Assembly (NCBI RefSeq): GCF_018350175.1 | Contig: NC_058368.1 | Location: forward strand, 221,466,001-221,530,000 | Direction of reading: 5' to 3' | Length of the DNA: 64,000 nucleotides | DNA from: Felis catus | Taxonomy: Eukaryota | Part shown: one piece after another, positions 38,094-51,706 of the stretch | How positions within the stretch are numbered: position 1 is the stretch's first letter | How the letters are laid out: each line of letters starts with the position of its first letter | Notes under the pieces: model-generated | Databases searched by the model: none | What the model saw: the letters and a program-made list of their open reading frames with translations, nothing else | Told to the model about the DNA's origin: nothing | Translations under genes and position numbers: made by a program

Positions 38094-38204
38094 GGGGGCT
38101 GGGTGGAGAGAGAGAAAGAGAGAAAGAGAGGAAGGGAGGGAGCCAGGGGGAGGGGGTGAGGAGAAGAGGGAGGGAGAGACGGAGGGAGGGGGAGAGGGAG
38201 AAAA
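38094..38204. repeat. Polypurine (GA/GGGA-rich) tract
   Basis: Direct reading. Confidence 0.85.
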
Positions 38205-38540
38205 TATATGAATGAATATCAGTCCTAGGAGATTCAAAAAACCTACATAGAGATGCAGAATTAGATCAATTTTATGATCTTGTCTAATATAATTTGCATG
38301 CATAGTCATATACTTTGGACCATATAGAACTGTCTACTAAAATTTGAATGCCAATTAGTATACAAAATATGAAAGCAAAGCCTATAATTCATAGGATTTG
38401 TATTGTTGTCAAGACTTAAAAAGTTGTAAAGCAAGTTCTGAGTTGGAAGAGGCTTTTAGAAAAGCAAGCAAATTATACTGGAAGGTCAGCTTAAGGAGAG
38501 TTTCATGAAGTAACATTCATAATTCAGACTAGCAAATGAT

Positions 38541-38737
38541 AGTTGGTTGAGTGTCTGACTTCAGCTCAGGTTCATGATCTCACAGTTCATGAGTTCCAGC
38601 CCTGCATCCAGCTTTCTGCTGTCAGCACAGAGCCCACTTTGGATTCTCTGTCCCCCTCTTTCTGCACCTCCCCTACTCACTCTCTCCATCTCTCAAAAAT
38701 AAGTAAACATTTTAAAAAATAAAGTAAAAATAAAAAT
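38541..38737 (+). mobile_element. Can-SINE lacking first ~18 nt
   Basis: agttggttgagtgtctgacttcagctcagg...A tail. Confidence 0.9.
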
Positions 38738-39124
38738 AATTCATTAATATGCTACCACAACGGCAGAGAAATTCTTCTGTGATTACGAGTAAAGAAGTCA
38801 TATTGACCGTGGGCGTATTAGCTTTATATATTGTTGATTATTATGTATATATAATTGAACATTGACATAAGGATGTGCACAAATAGATACAATCCTTCTT
38901 TTTAATGATATTTTGGGTGCCAGATATAGGCCTTTAAAAGGGTGTTTGGGGAATGTAATTGTTGTAGAGTGGTGTGAGTAGTCTTTGATGAGCCTCGACC
39001 CACATAAGAAAGCTGCTTCAATGGGGAGACCCCACAGGGAGCCACTCTTCTATTCTCCATGTTTACCAGGGTTTCTATTGAGTAAATCTGGGAGGTGCAC
39101 TTTTTTTAGCAAATTCATTTTTTT

Positions 39125-39315
39125 AAATGTTTATTATTTTTGAAAGAGAGCACGTGGGGGAGGGGTAGAGAGAGAGGGAGAGAGATAATCCCAAGCAGAC
39201 TCCAAGCTGTCAGCACAGAATCCAACATGGGGCTCAAACTCATGAATTGCAAGGTCACGATCTGATCGGAAATCCAGATCCCAACACTTAACCAACTGAG
39301 CCACCCAGGCGCCCT
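39125..39315 (-). mobile_element. Can-SINE (left of tandem pair)
   Basis: SINE body; flanked by aaattcatttttttaaat at 39111 and 39318. Confidence 0.92.
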
Positions 39316-39334
39316 GAAAATTCATTTTTTTAAA

Positions 39335-39570
39335 TTGTTTTAATGTTTACTTTTGAGAGAGAGACAGAGACAGAGGCAGAGCTTGGGTGGGGGAGGGTCA
39401 GAGAGAGAGGGAGACACAGAATCCAAAGCAGGCTCCAGGCTCCAGGCTCCAGGCTCCAGGCTGTCAGCACAGAGCCTGATGAGGGGTGGGGGGGCTTGAA
39501 CTCAAGAACCGTGAGGTCATGACTTGGGACGAAGTCGGATGCTTCACCAACTGAGCCACCCAGGTGCTCT
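39335..39570 (-). mobile_element. Can-SINE (right of tandem pair) with (CAGGCTC)n expansion
   Basis: SINE body; caggctc repeated four times from 39429. Confidence 0.92.
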
Positions 39571-39599
39571 GCAAGTTCAAGTTTTTGAGCTTATAATTC

Positions 39600-39990
39600 C
39601 ACTTGGAAAGCTCTTCTCCTTCCAAGTATCTAGATTGCCAACCCCCTCACTTACCAATGTGGTCGCTCACATCTTCCCTTCCAGTTGAACTTGTCCCCTC
39701 CTCTTCTAGCACCACTCCTGCCCTCCCAGTTCCTCTTACCCAAGACTTTCTTTTCCCTGTTGTTTTCATCAGTTGTCACTTTCAGATACACCATTTAACT
39801 TACCTATGTGTTATACATATTGTTTTTTTTTTTTTTTTTGTTATTTCCCTCCTCCAGACGAGGACTGTTTTCTGTTTAGTTCATGCTTGTGAGTTTAGTT
39901 TAGTTCATCCTCATATGTTTCATGTTTGGGGAGGAGGGGAGAAAAAAGCTGGACTATAATAGGTACTCAATAATATTGTTTGAATGGAAA
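39600..39990 (+). mobile_element. L2 3' end relic
   Basis: ataggtactcaataatattgtttgaatggaa terminus. Confidence 0.5.
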
Positions 39991-41840
39991 AGATCAAAAT
40001 CCATGTGCATTTTTAAAGTTTCTTGCTAGATGGCAAAGAAAACTACATGCTTAGATCTTTAACTTGATTTGTGTTCATCTTGAAATGTGCTTTCAAAACT
40101 TATGTTGTCTGTTATTAAAGCGTTAAGGAAAATACACTTTAAAAAAGTTGATTTGGTCATTTTTACTCACCAGTACCATATTATCTTAAAAACAAAACCG
40201 AAAAGCACTTTAGGGTGCTTTTGTACTTTTGTCTTGGTTTGCTTTTAATTTTTTTCTTTCCTGTGTGTTCAGCGCCTTTACTGTGAATAACCATTCTCAG
40301 TTAAACAATCCCACAGCCTCCACTTATAGTCACAGCGCTGCCCTAGCATTCTTTGTAGAAATGAAAGCTCAGTTAAAGACACAACTTTCTTTTATGGTGC
40401 AATTTGTTTGCTCTTAGGCTGGATCGTTCCCTTTGCCATTTGATTTCCTCAATTGAGCAATTTATGACAGACTTTTAAGGCCTACTGTCCATTACAGACA
40501 GCAGGTTTTAAAAACTCCATCATCATCATCAGCTTAATGAGTAAATGGCTGGAAGCTGTGCAGCTTGGTGGGGGGAGTGTGTTGGGGTTTGACTCTGACA
40601 GCCAGCTTGCTGTTGCTGTAATTAATAATGAAATGTTACATCTCTTGCTTTTTATGTGGATCCAAGGAAAGTGACAGGGATTATGGAGAGAAATAGATTT
40701 ACATTGTAGCTTTATAAAGCATCCATAGCTTGAGAGGCTCAATACATACAAAATTACTATAAGATGACAGTTTCCAAAGAAAGTAGCTACAAAAAATATT
40801 TAAAGCTCTAGGTTGAAAAATCAGGACATTGTAAAAATTAAGAGAGAGAGAGGGAGAGAGAGACTGAAAAGACACTTTCTTTTATCTTGTCCCTCCTTTC
40901 CTGCTGCTTAATTTTTTTTCTATGTAGCTGCTTATAAAAAGATCAAAGATATATCTAACTTGTCTCCCTGAGTGAATCTATTTCAGTCAATGTCACAGCC
41001 CACTCAATGTCACAGCTCACTCACTTTCTAACAGTGACAAAAGTTCCTATCACACTCCCCTTCTCAGCAATTCTGATGGGTCTCCCAGCTGCACCCCCTT
41101 CATTTTAGAAAATATTTCATTGCAACAAGGAAGAGCGGTGGGGTTCTCTGAATGAGTCTTGCACAGTGAAGCCAGTGCCATTGAATAATAGTCAATGATT
41201 ATGGCAAGCTAATAGTCACGGGCCAACATTCCAAGCCTTGTTCTTCCTCCAAAGTAGTGCATCTGGGCATTTTGCCTTTTCTGTGTATTAGAAGCGGTAT
41301 GTGGAAACCTGTCATCTTCCTGTTTATGAAATCCGAACGAGCCACAAAGTCAAATTGGTCATACCAGCCTTGTGAATTGTTGGAAAGTAAAGATAGACTC
41401 TCACAATGACACAAAGGGTTATCTGAAGTTGAGGATCTCAAATAATACTAACTCCACGTAATTATTTCTATATTTGATTCTTCTTTCTTGGTTTTCCCTA
41501 AATAAACTGTCACATTGTTGACATGGCTCTTCAAGAAGTGGTCGCCCTCATCTTAAACCATTCTTCCATTTCAAATTGATATGAAAACCTTGCCTGTGCA
41601 TGTGAATAATTGAAATGAAATATATTAACAATTAGCAATTGGGAAAGAACAAATTTTAACATAATTAAATAATTACCATTTTAATATAACAAGATATTGT
41701 GAAAATAATTAACAATATTTTATGCTGAATTAAGTAATCTACCTGATTAGGCAGACTAGCATGCTTTATTTTACTTGCTTTTATATTGACATGAGTGTAC
41801 ATTTAGTTATGTATGTGCATAAATATTCATGTATAAGCCC

Positions 41841-42192
41841 TGCAATGGAGTGAATGTTATTTTCCCCCAAAATTTGTATGTTGAAATCCTAATCCCTAAT
41901 ATGATGGTATTCGGAGGTGGGGCATTTGGGAAAGCGTGAGGTCAACAAGGTAAAGTTTTCATGAATGATTCTTATATAGAAGGAGACACAAGAGTTCTCC
42001 CTTGTCCCATGTGAGGACAATGCCAAGAGATAGTGGTCTGTAAATTAGGAAACCAGCCCTCACCAGATAACAAGTCTGCAAGTGCCTTGATCTTAGACTT
42101 CCCAACTTCCGCAGCTATGAGAAATAGGTGTTTGTGTTTAAGCCACTCCGTCTTTTGTATTTTTGTTACAGCAGCCCAAACAGACTAAGACA
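41841..42192 (+). mobile_element. MLT1A-like solo LTR
   Basis: TG...CA termini, cccccaaaatttgtatgttgaaatcctaa, gcagcccaaacagactaagaca; TSD a(g/t)ccc. Confidence 0.9.
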
Positions 42193-42936
42193 ATCCCATA
42201 TAATATGAACAACGTAACCCTTTTATTAATTCAAATCAAACTATCTCTTTCGTAGTCAGGATTGTAATTGTAGGTAATTTCACATATAGGAATTGCCTTT
42301 GTTCTCAAATGGGATTTATACGTTATTATTTTATTTAGGATTTACAGGTTAAAAGTCCATTAAAAAGTTAAAAACTAGCTTAGAATATATACCTGAAAAT
42401 TCTTAATTTGGACTGAATTACAAATAAGAATCTGTTTTACCTCCTCTGCCTCCTAGGCTTCAATTTATCTTAACTAGTTTCTAACGTGTCAAAAGTGCCA
42501 AAATTTTCCCATAAATTTCTGAAGTGGATTTAGGGCAATGAGTGAACTACAACTTGAAATTGATAGATGAATATTCGAATTCACTAATGATCACTCTCTA
42601 CTGTCTGACTAACCCATACTTCCTAAGACAAACTTGCCAAGGTAAATGATCAAAGATACCTTCAAAAATTCTTTCCAAGACACTGATACCTTCTAGTTAC
42701 AAGACACTAGTTAGAATGAAGACACCCCCTCAGAAACATTAAATATCAAAATCCTTTTACTCATTTCTTATGAATCTGCAGAACAACTCCATGCTGTGTT
42801 TTGTCAAACTCTAACTCTTTATGCCCAATTTCAGTATGTGTTTGATTATCACAGTATTCAAATGAATACAACTATTTCAGAGTTTTATAGATTATGAAAA
42901 TGAGATAAAATATTTCCTATTTAGAATAATTATGAA

Positions 42937-43158
42937 GGTAGCTGGGTGGCTCAGTCGCTTAAGCATCCAACCTCGGCTCAGGTCATGATCTCCCAGTTCG
43001 TGGGTTCGAGCACCACATTGGGCTCTGTGCTGACAGCTCAGAGCCTAGAGCCTGCTTCAGATTCTGTCTCCCTCTCTCTCACTCTGCCCTTTCCCTACTC
43101 ACACTCTGTCTCTCTCTGTCTCTCAAAAATGAATAAACATTAAAAAAAATTTTAAAAA
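42937..43158 (+). mobile_element. Can-SINE
   Basis: Full body; TSD agaataatt. Confidence 0.93.
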
Positions 43159-44989
43159 GAATAATTGTTTTAAAATGAAACTTGTGATAAGTGAAAATAA
43201 AATACATTTAATCAATACTACTGCCTCTGAGCGAAACGTGGAACATTGCAACGTAGGCAGACAATAGGAGTCCGTTCCAAATCCATGGAATTTGATTTAA
43301 TTAATAACTGGAAGGAATCCAGCCGACTTGCATAGACAAGTTGTATGTCAACTACATGTAACCGTTTAAACTAAAAACCTGCCCCTCTCCCTCTTTTCCA
43401 ATGGTCTCCTTCTTTCAAAGAATTTGAGGAAAAAAAGCTTTGCTGGATCAAGGCCTGCTTTTTTTCGTTTTTCTTGTATCTGACTACACATGTCAATCCC
43501 CTCCCGACTTTCCTTCTTTGATCTGGTTGTAGTTGGGAACTTCTTCGCTATTATTCGCTTTAAGCAACTCCTGTCTGCTGCCTTCCTTCTGTTGTCCTAA
43601 ATGAATGTGTTACTTTTCCTCCCGTTTATGTCCATACCTCTTGCACAAGACAGCTGTGTATCAGATGTCGCTGAAGTCTGTGATTAACTAAAGGGAAATA
43701 AAAATAAGGAGCTGGAGCCGAAATCAAAGCAACTTTAAAATGAAAAGAAAGATCACATAAACACAACACGAAAATCACCTCATGCCTGAACCCTACTTCC
43801 AAGGCTTAGCTCGCTGTTTGCAGGTCTGTCCGCCTAGCTCTCTTCTCTTTTCCACTTCAGAGAATTTTATCTTCTGCCTTCAGAAGATCTCCCCTCTTTG
43901 TTCTCTCCTCACAACCAAACTGGCAGATGCCCCAAGTTGGGGCTTCGGTTCAATGCTCCAGTGGTGTTGTAGCTCTTGTGGTCCAGGCCTCCAATATGTG
44001 TGCGTGTGTCTTTCTATCTGCCCCTTCATCCATCCAGTTAACAATCTATCTACCCAGATGCGTTGATTGAAACACTGGTGTAAGGAAAGTTCCTGAAGAC
44101 AACATACCCTATAAATATTTTGTAGGCAGGCCCACCATGGAGATACACCTTCTGCGTTTTTGTAAAGAATGGTTTAAATTCTCTTTTCCATAGCTTGTTT
44201 GCCCCTAATTATGCCCATCTATATTTAAGGAAAAGGGGCAGTTTACAATGCCTTCCAAAATAATCCAGATTCCCCTCCACTGTAGAAGAGAACCAGTAAA
44301 GGATCCGCAATTGCAGTATTTCTGTAGATTGGGCCAGATCTGATTCTCAGGCAGGACTTGCCACCCAACAAATATTTCTGTAAATTGAAAGGGATCGGTA
44401 GATGAATTCCTCTTTCCGAGGGTCTGGAAAATCTGAGGGTGCCTCTTTTAGTTACATGAAGCAGATGGAAAAATACTCCCACATGCTGCCATAGAAATAG
44501 TCCCCTACAAATGAAATTTGGCTGCTGAAAGTATGTGCATGGATGAGAGAAAAGAGCCAGGCTCAAGATCTTTCTGTCTCACCAAGGAAGCAGGTGACCT
44601 AGAATAGTAAGCGTAGAGCCATTTAATCACTCAGGGGAGGCATTTTGCCATTCAGGTTCTAAAACTCTAGGATCGTTTTGAGACAGGCACGCAGATGGTA
44701 AACTACAGATACTTGCAGCTAAAGCCAGTTTATCCTGTCCCATCAACTGTCTACTCAAGATGGGTCAGGGCTAGAGTCAGGGCCATGCAATTAATTGTCT
44801 GAAGAGCATACATACCTAACTCTTGAAGAAATATTTTGTACGTATATGAGTATGGTAGCGGCATCTAATAAATTGGAAAACTAATATCCCATCTAAATAT
44901 AGTAGCCAATGCTGGACTCCAGATGCCTGCTTTTCCAGTTTTCTAAGAGAGTGGTTTTTTTTTTAACTTTTATGTAAATGAGCTCTCAG

Positions 44990-45455
44990 TTAAAACATAC
45001 ATCTATACAGAAATGTGTGCAAGAATGTTCATAGTAGCTCTGTTAAAATTCCCCAAACTGGAAAACTCTCAAATACCCATCAACCATTGAATGGATAAAT
45101 TGTCATTATTATTCCTATGATGAAATCCATTCAGAAATAATAAGGAAGTAATGATTCATAAACCCAGTGAATGGATAAATTTCATGAGCATTATGCTGAA
45201 AAAAAGAAACCAGAAACAATGAATACTTATGCTATCACTTATATAAAATGTAGAAAAGATAAATCTTATCCATAGTAACAGAATCTAGGTGAGTGGTTGT
45301 CTGTGGTCAGGGGCTGGGATAATGAGGGCACCAGAGGACTTTCAGGGGTAGAAGTATTCTTTATCTTAATTGTGGAGCTGGTGTTTTTGAAACTTATGAA
45401 ACTATATAATTAAATATAATGTTTAATGTATGTGAATTACACTATGATAAATTAT
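44990..45455 (+). mobile_element. Old L1 (L1MC/ME-like) ORF2 end + 3'UTR
   Basis: gcaagaatgttcatagtagctctgtt...cccaaactggaaa...catcaaccattgaatggataaattgt. Confidence 0.8.
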
Positions 45456-46059
45456 TTTTTTTAATTTTGTAAATTTAAAAGATCATACATTAACTTAAAG
45501 TTTTTAGAGACAAACAAGGTAGGTAATTATATTTCTATATGAATCTATTGAGCCTCAGCAGCATCTTTTGGGATCTGGGATTAGAACCTAAATTGACTTC
45601 AGTTTATCTCTTTCTTTTTTGTACTCAGGTTTTCCCTTGGATGCAAAAATAAAAATCAACAAAAGCTTTATTTTTAAGCTCTCATCCTACATTTTTGCTT
45701 TTTCTATGTAAATTTCTGGAAATAATAATTAGCATTTATCGTTTCTCTTTCCAGAATTCATCCCTTCACTTGCATGCATTCTAACATCCATTTCTACTTT
45801 TTTATTGAAACTTATTTCAAGAGAAAAGTCACTATTGAGCCAATGTCTCCAAAGAGCCTCAACTTTTTCAGTAATTGTGGTTTTGTTGTTTTTGTTTTTA
45901 GTTTTTTTTCTTTTTGTTTTGTTTTATTTTTGGTCTTCAGAATCTTTTCTCCTCTGTACTGAAGATTTTTGGTTCAGAACTTCAGATTTCTGGTTCCTTC
46001 AAATGTCTGAGATTGCCTTTTAATGATGCTTTTGTTTGACATTTTAAATTCCTCTCTGA

Positions 46060-47360
46060 ATCCAGGATTCTACCAAAGGTTTCTTCCTCATGCTCTTTCC
46101 TTTTACTTCTGCACTAATGCTTTCTAACTATTTACCTCTAATCTTTTCTTGAGGTTGTCCAACTGGTAAAATGTTGTGTCTTGACGTTGTAACACAAACT
46201 CACCATATCTCAGATTTAATGTACCGTATCTTCTACCCAAGTCACTTTGACCCTCAGATTTAATCTTCAGTGTATTACCCAATTCTTCCTCCCATGTATC
46301 CGTCACACGACTTATTTTAGTGAAATCTTAGGATATTTCTTTGAATATCTATAATTGTTCTGATGAACAGTTTACATTTACGATTAGCCTTAGTCATTAT
46401 CACAGCACTCCACTTTTCTTTTCGCTACTTTTTCCTACACATTGCTGCCAAGTAATAATATCACTAAAGCACAACTCAGTTTACATTTTTATCTGCTTGC
46501 CAGTGTTCAGAGGCTACCAGAAAATTTCATTTGAATCAGACGAAAGCTACTACATAAAGAAAACACCATGCCTGCCCCCGAGGCCAGGCATGGATAGATA
46601 AAAGAGCATGCCCAGTGTCCTTATCCTAACATTCAGAGATCTTCTAATTGTCATTTCAACCAGCCCTTTTGTCAATTTTATTGCCCACAGATAATTTCAA
46701 AGCACGCTTTGAAGTAAACCCATTGAGATAATTTTGCCCAGAGCTTGCTCAAGTTTGTATTTTTGCTAGGATTTTTGTCACTACCTGAAATGATGATAAC
46801 ATTCATCAGAAGCATAAAAATTATCTGCCATTGGTTGAGTGCTTCATGTAAGCCATTCTGCCCAGCATTTTGCACACATGATTGCATTTCACCTTCACGG
46901 CAATTCTGTGAAGTGGGATTTGTTATGTCCACTTTGCAGATGAAGATATGGAAGCTCAGAGATGTCAGATAAACTAACTTTAGTCACACAAGTGCTAAAA
47001 TCGAGCCAGTCTGGCACATGTGAAAACCTTACACTTGTCCCCTTGCTACGCTGCCTTGTATTCTTCCCTCCTTTCCAGCTCCGCTGTGTATCCATACATC
47101 TGAGTCATCCCTCATAGAACTTTATTAACGATCTTTGCTCCCTCCGAGTTAGAAGTTATCATTCCTTGTCAGCTCCAGTAGGTTTTACAATGCAAACTTT
47201 TTTTGTCACTTGTCACTTAGAGCTTACATTCTACTCATTTGTACACAAGTTGCTGTCTCTATAGCATGCCAGCTAAAAATGTAAGGACTAAAATGATGTC
47301 TCGTGTATCTTAAAGTTCACCTTCGCATAGAGAAGATAATAATATTTATAAGATAAATGG
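46060..47360 (+). mobile_element. Degraded L2, interrupted by MIR
   Basis: tgtcttgacgttgtaacacaaactcaccatatctcag..., cttcccatg; 3' aatatttataagataaatggatg. Confidence 0.45.
46820..47015 (-). mobile_element. MIR
   Basis: ttgagtgctt...ctgtgaagtggga...actttgcagatgaagatatggaagctcagaga. Confidence 0.8.
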
Positions 47361-50300
47361 ATGTGCCAATGTGCATACTTCTGGCTTCCTAGAACATGAT
47401 TTAGAAAACTTAGTTGAGAAAAAAGTAAACAGCAGTCTTAACTGCTTTTGTTCAAAAGTAATTCTTATTTGTAAATACGAATGCCTCCTATAAATTTCCA
47501 GAACTGTGGTTCTCATTGAAATAGAAGGAGGAGTCAGGAAAATTTCTCAATGAGAGGGTATCTTAGAAGAACAGGTATCATTTTTAAAAATACTACTCTA
47601 TTCTTTTTCTCTTGTATATCTGTTACCCTAGTATTAAGTTTATCTTTATACTGAATGCTACTTATAGGAGGAAACGTATCCTGAGGGATGTGTTAAAAGT
47701 GATTGGGTGACACCTTTTCCTTTTTGTTATTTGTATGGCATAAGAGAGATATTTTTTTTAATGTGTGAAATAATATCTGTATTTAACAGTAATAATTTAT
47801 GTCCTAAAAGTAGTAAAAAAAAAAAAAGGAAAAGAAACCCGGGTGGCTTACATTTGTTTGGTAGACGATAATGAAAAGGCTCTTCGCTCTGTAAATTTGT
47901 CAGTTTAAGAACAGAGTGCATTATCTTATTGAGTTTTAGCATGCACCCTTAGCATGTATTAAAGTTCAACCTCCACCTTGCCCTTTCCCTCTTCTAATTG
48001 GCAGTGGGCAGATAATTTCTGGTCAAGATCAGGAGCTCATCTGCCCATCTAACCCTGAACATCAATCCAACAAAAGAGCAGATCCCATTAGCATCAGACT
48101 CGTGACTAATAAATGCAAAGGTCCAGCAAAGAGCAATAATGCACTTTGGCTCCTTCCATCAGTCTCTGGTACCTCAGAAACTCAGTGTAATGAACAGTAG
48201 GTTACAACCTATAGCTTTCATCAAATGTTCCAGTTGGGGTAGCATATTATACGTACAGGATGGTGATGTCAGGTCATTATATTGGACATTTTTCAAAGTC
48301 CGTGTCACTGCGTATTTAATTCTACTGGTAAACCAAGTTTCAGATGTATAATGACTGCTTATATTCTCTTCATAGTATCTCATTTAAAGTTATCCCCAGG
48401 GCTGCATCTAATACTCTTGCCTTCTATCCAAAGAAAGATGATGTCTTACCAAACATATGACGTCACCCTCAGATAATGTAAAATTTGCCAGTTCTAGGAT
48501 TAATTTGCATAATAATGTATTCTGGAAGCATGTGAATGAATATGAAGTTTTAGAGTGCATGGGAATTGTGAAAGACATAAATATTGCTCAACTTCATGGT
48601 CCCCAAGGGGAAGAAAAATAAGATTATGGTTAATATTCTGTGGTTCAAAATACATTAAAGTCACTCTCGGATTTCTTTATTGAATATCATTTCTCCTGGA
48701 ATACTCTTTTCCATTTAATTATTTCTTTCTCACCTACTTTCCTCTTTCATTTATTTCTTACATCTTTCTCCCTTTTTGTAGTGTCCCCTTTACATGTGCT
48801 TATTTGAAAAAGCACAATATAGTTGCTTTTGATAAGCTTAGGAAGAGTCTCTATGGAGTGCTATGAATATGCAGTACTCCTACCCACATACACACATTTT
48901 GAGAATTTTTATGCTTCGCTGTAAAAATTAGCCAGAAGTCCCTCTTTTAACACATGTTCTTTTGTTCTTTCTTTGTTTGATTGAATTTTGTTTTTCCCTT
49001 GGCACATCTTTTAACGCTGGAATGAATCAATGTGTAGGAAACATTAGGCAACCTGTTTCATAGTCTTTTTATATTGCACTGGGGATAATAACAGAAAATG
49101 GTCATTTTCTTAAGATCTTGACAATTAGCAGTTTGGCACTTGCAAAGCCTGTACCCAGCCTTTTTGATGCATTTACCACTTCTGCAAGTGGCTTGGGTGG
49201 AAGCAGGGATGGAGGCTGAAGAAGTGAGAGACCTGCAGCTGTATTCACTGATAGGGTGATTGCCTGCCTTACGAACAGGATGAATTCTGGAAGTGTTTCA
49301 AGCATACGCAACAAATACTCAATAGCAAAGAACTGGACATTTGTATGTGAAACAACTTTTGCTGATATTTATTGCTTTTTGTATTTTTCTCAAAATACAT
49401 CCAAGCTATATATATGCAAGATAAACTGATCATTGCAACACAGTTTGTACAACCTTGAGAAATGTATACCGGTGCCCTTCACGGAATGTATAGAATTTCT
49501 GCCATTCTTTTAATCTCAAACCAAAGAAAGATGGGATGCTGCCAGTAGCTTTTTCTTAGTGCCTCATAATACCTAATGGTAGAAAGTAGGTGAGTAGTAG
49601 AGCACATTAGTTTTTATGTCTCTACAGGATGGAAGGACCACTTAGAGGGCTGATGGCTCTGGGTTGCCTCTAATGTAATCTAGTGTCCCTGCGACCAGAA
49701 TGGCTGAATGCATTTCCCTAAGCTTCACTTAGCTCCAAGGAGCAACTTGGAGTCTTTGAAGAATGAGATCCATTATTCTAATACGGATAAATAAGTGTCT
49801 AGTTTTATATACTCCGTTCTGTGCATTAAAGTATGCATTCTATACGAGCTTCGCTAAAACCTTTGGTATGCATTGCATAAAAAAAAAAAATAACGTGCAT
49901 TCCAGGAAAAAAAATGATAATATAAAAGCAGTTTGTAGAATTTGTTTCTCAAAAACTGAATGAAGTGAGCAATAGCTGTGTTTTTGTTTTTAATTTTGTT
50001 TTTTGTTGGTAATTGCAATGAAAGCTGAAACTGGGGAAGGTTCCAAATTCTCATCCTAAAATTCAAGAAGTGTCTTCCAGAACCAGCATAATTTTGGGAT
50101 AAATTCAAAGAAAATTCAATAAATCAATGCAGGGCTTCTCCTTGCAGAAAGGGGTTGTTTTGGCAGAAACAGAATCTCACAAACCTCACCGATGCTCTTG
50201 AACTGAGCATAGGGATGAGGGGAGCTGTCAGCGAAGGGACAGAAGGAGATAGTTTATCTGGAACTCAGTTCAGCACAGGGACAGAGGCGCCTCAGGCCTG

Positions 50301-51224
50301 AAACAGAACAGTGGTGGAGTTTCCTCATAGAAATTGTTAGTAGAAATTGAGTCAAGTCTCACATAAGCCCCTCACTCAGCTGGAACTAAGTAAAACCAAC
50401 AAAGAAATGGCTGAACAAGGCAAAACCAAAGCAAACCAAACATAACAAAATTGTATGGCTCTATCAGAACTCAAGTCTTGAAAATATAAACACTTCAAAA
50501 CATTTACCCACACATCTGGAAGCAAGGAGAAATGTAAACCTCCCACAGAAACATTTAAGACACCCTTTTAAAGGTACTTTTACTTTCGTTTGGCTTTTTT
50601 TTTTTTTTGGTTGTTTTTTTGTGGTTTTGTTTTGTTTTGCATTTGGAGAAGAGAAAATGTGGTAATAAAATTGCTAATGATGCCATCATGGGGCCACATC
50701 TCAGTTACCCTCTTTGCTGAAAATCAGAACCAATATCTCAGAGCAGGTTGCTCTGAGGGGAATAGTCCAACTGTGCCTACAGTGATGAGAAGAGAATGTA
50801 AAAAGAATGTCCCTCTGTGAGCAGAGAGCAGGCTTACGTAGGACTTCACCAAGGTGAAGATCACACCCAGGGGAAGATGACTTTTAAAAAGATCAATATT
50901 GAATGGGAAATATCTATTTACTAACTAAATAGAAACAAAGAAGAAAAGCAACGTAATAATAAAAAAGAAGAGTGCGTTTTTCAAGAACACATTCCAGGAA
51001 GCCAGAGAAAGTTAAATTGTGCCAATTTTTGCTTTCAATAACATCCAACAAAATATGAAAACCATGGATAAAGAGATCAAAAGTTAGAAGGAAAGTGTAA
51101 TGAGATGGCAAGGGTATGTATACATCTAAAGAGGTAAAGAGATGATAAATTACACATATTGTAAGAATTTTAAAAATTGGAGATATCAAGGAAAATGAAT
51201 AATGTAGCTTATTGTTTAAATGCT

Positions 51225-51420
51225 TCAGTTTGGCGTAAGAGAACACTGGGTTCAGATACTAAGACTGCCCTTTATTACAGGGATGACCTTGTCCAGATTA
51301 TGAAGACCTTCTAAATATTTATATCCTCATCTTTAAAATTAGGATAATAAGAGCACCTCATTCATTGGACACACAGAGGATTAATTTACTCTATGAGAAT
51401 CACTTAGCACAGACAAAGGA
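51225..51420 (+). mobile_element. MIR
   Basis: ctgggttcagatact...gatgaccttg...tcctcatctttaaaattaggataataa...cacttagcacag. Confidence 0.75.
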
Positions 51421-51488
51421 ATGAAAACAATGCTTTTTTTTTTTAATTAAAGGATTTTTCAGTTTTGCGTTTAAATTAAGATTTTCTC

Positions 51489-51706
51489 GGGGCGCCTGGG
51501 TGGCTCAGTCGGTTAAGCGACCGACTTCGGCTCAGGTCATGATCTCGCGGTCCGTGGGTTCGAGCCCCGCGTCGGGCTCTGTGCTGACAGCTCAGAGCCT
51601 GGAGCCTGTTTCAGATTCTGTGTCTCCCTCTCTCTGACCCTCCCCCATTCATGCTCTGTCTCTGTCTCAAAAATAAATAAACGTTAAATTAATTAATTAA
51701 TTAATT
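51489..51706 (+). mobile_element. Young feline Can-SINE with (TTAA)n tail
   Basis: CpG-retaining body; TSD aattaagattttctc (51474, 51707). Confidence 0.97.

Noticed and set aside
40201..40222. Inverted repeat aaaagcac/gtgctttt
   Set aside because: 8-bp arms are expected by chance in 64 kb.
50737..50757. Inverted repeat ctcagagca/tgctctgag
   Set aside because: Short and isolated, with no supporting context.
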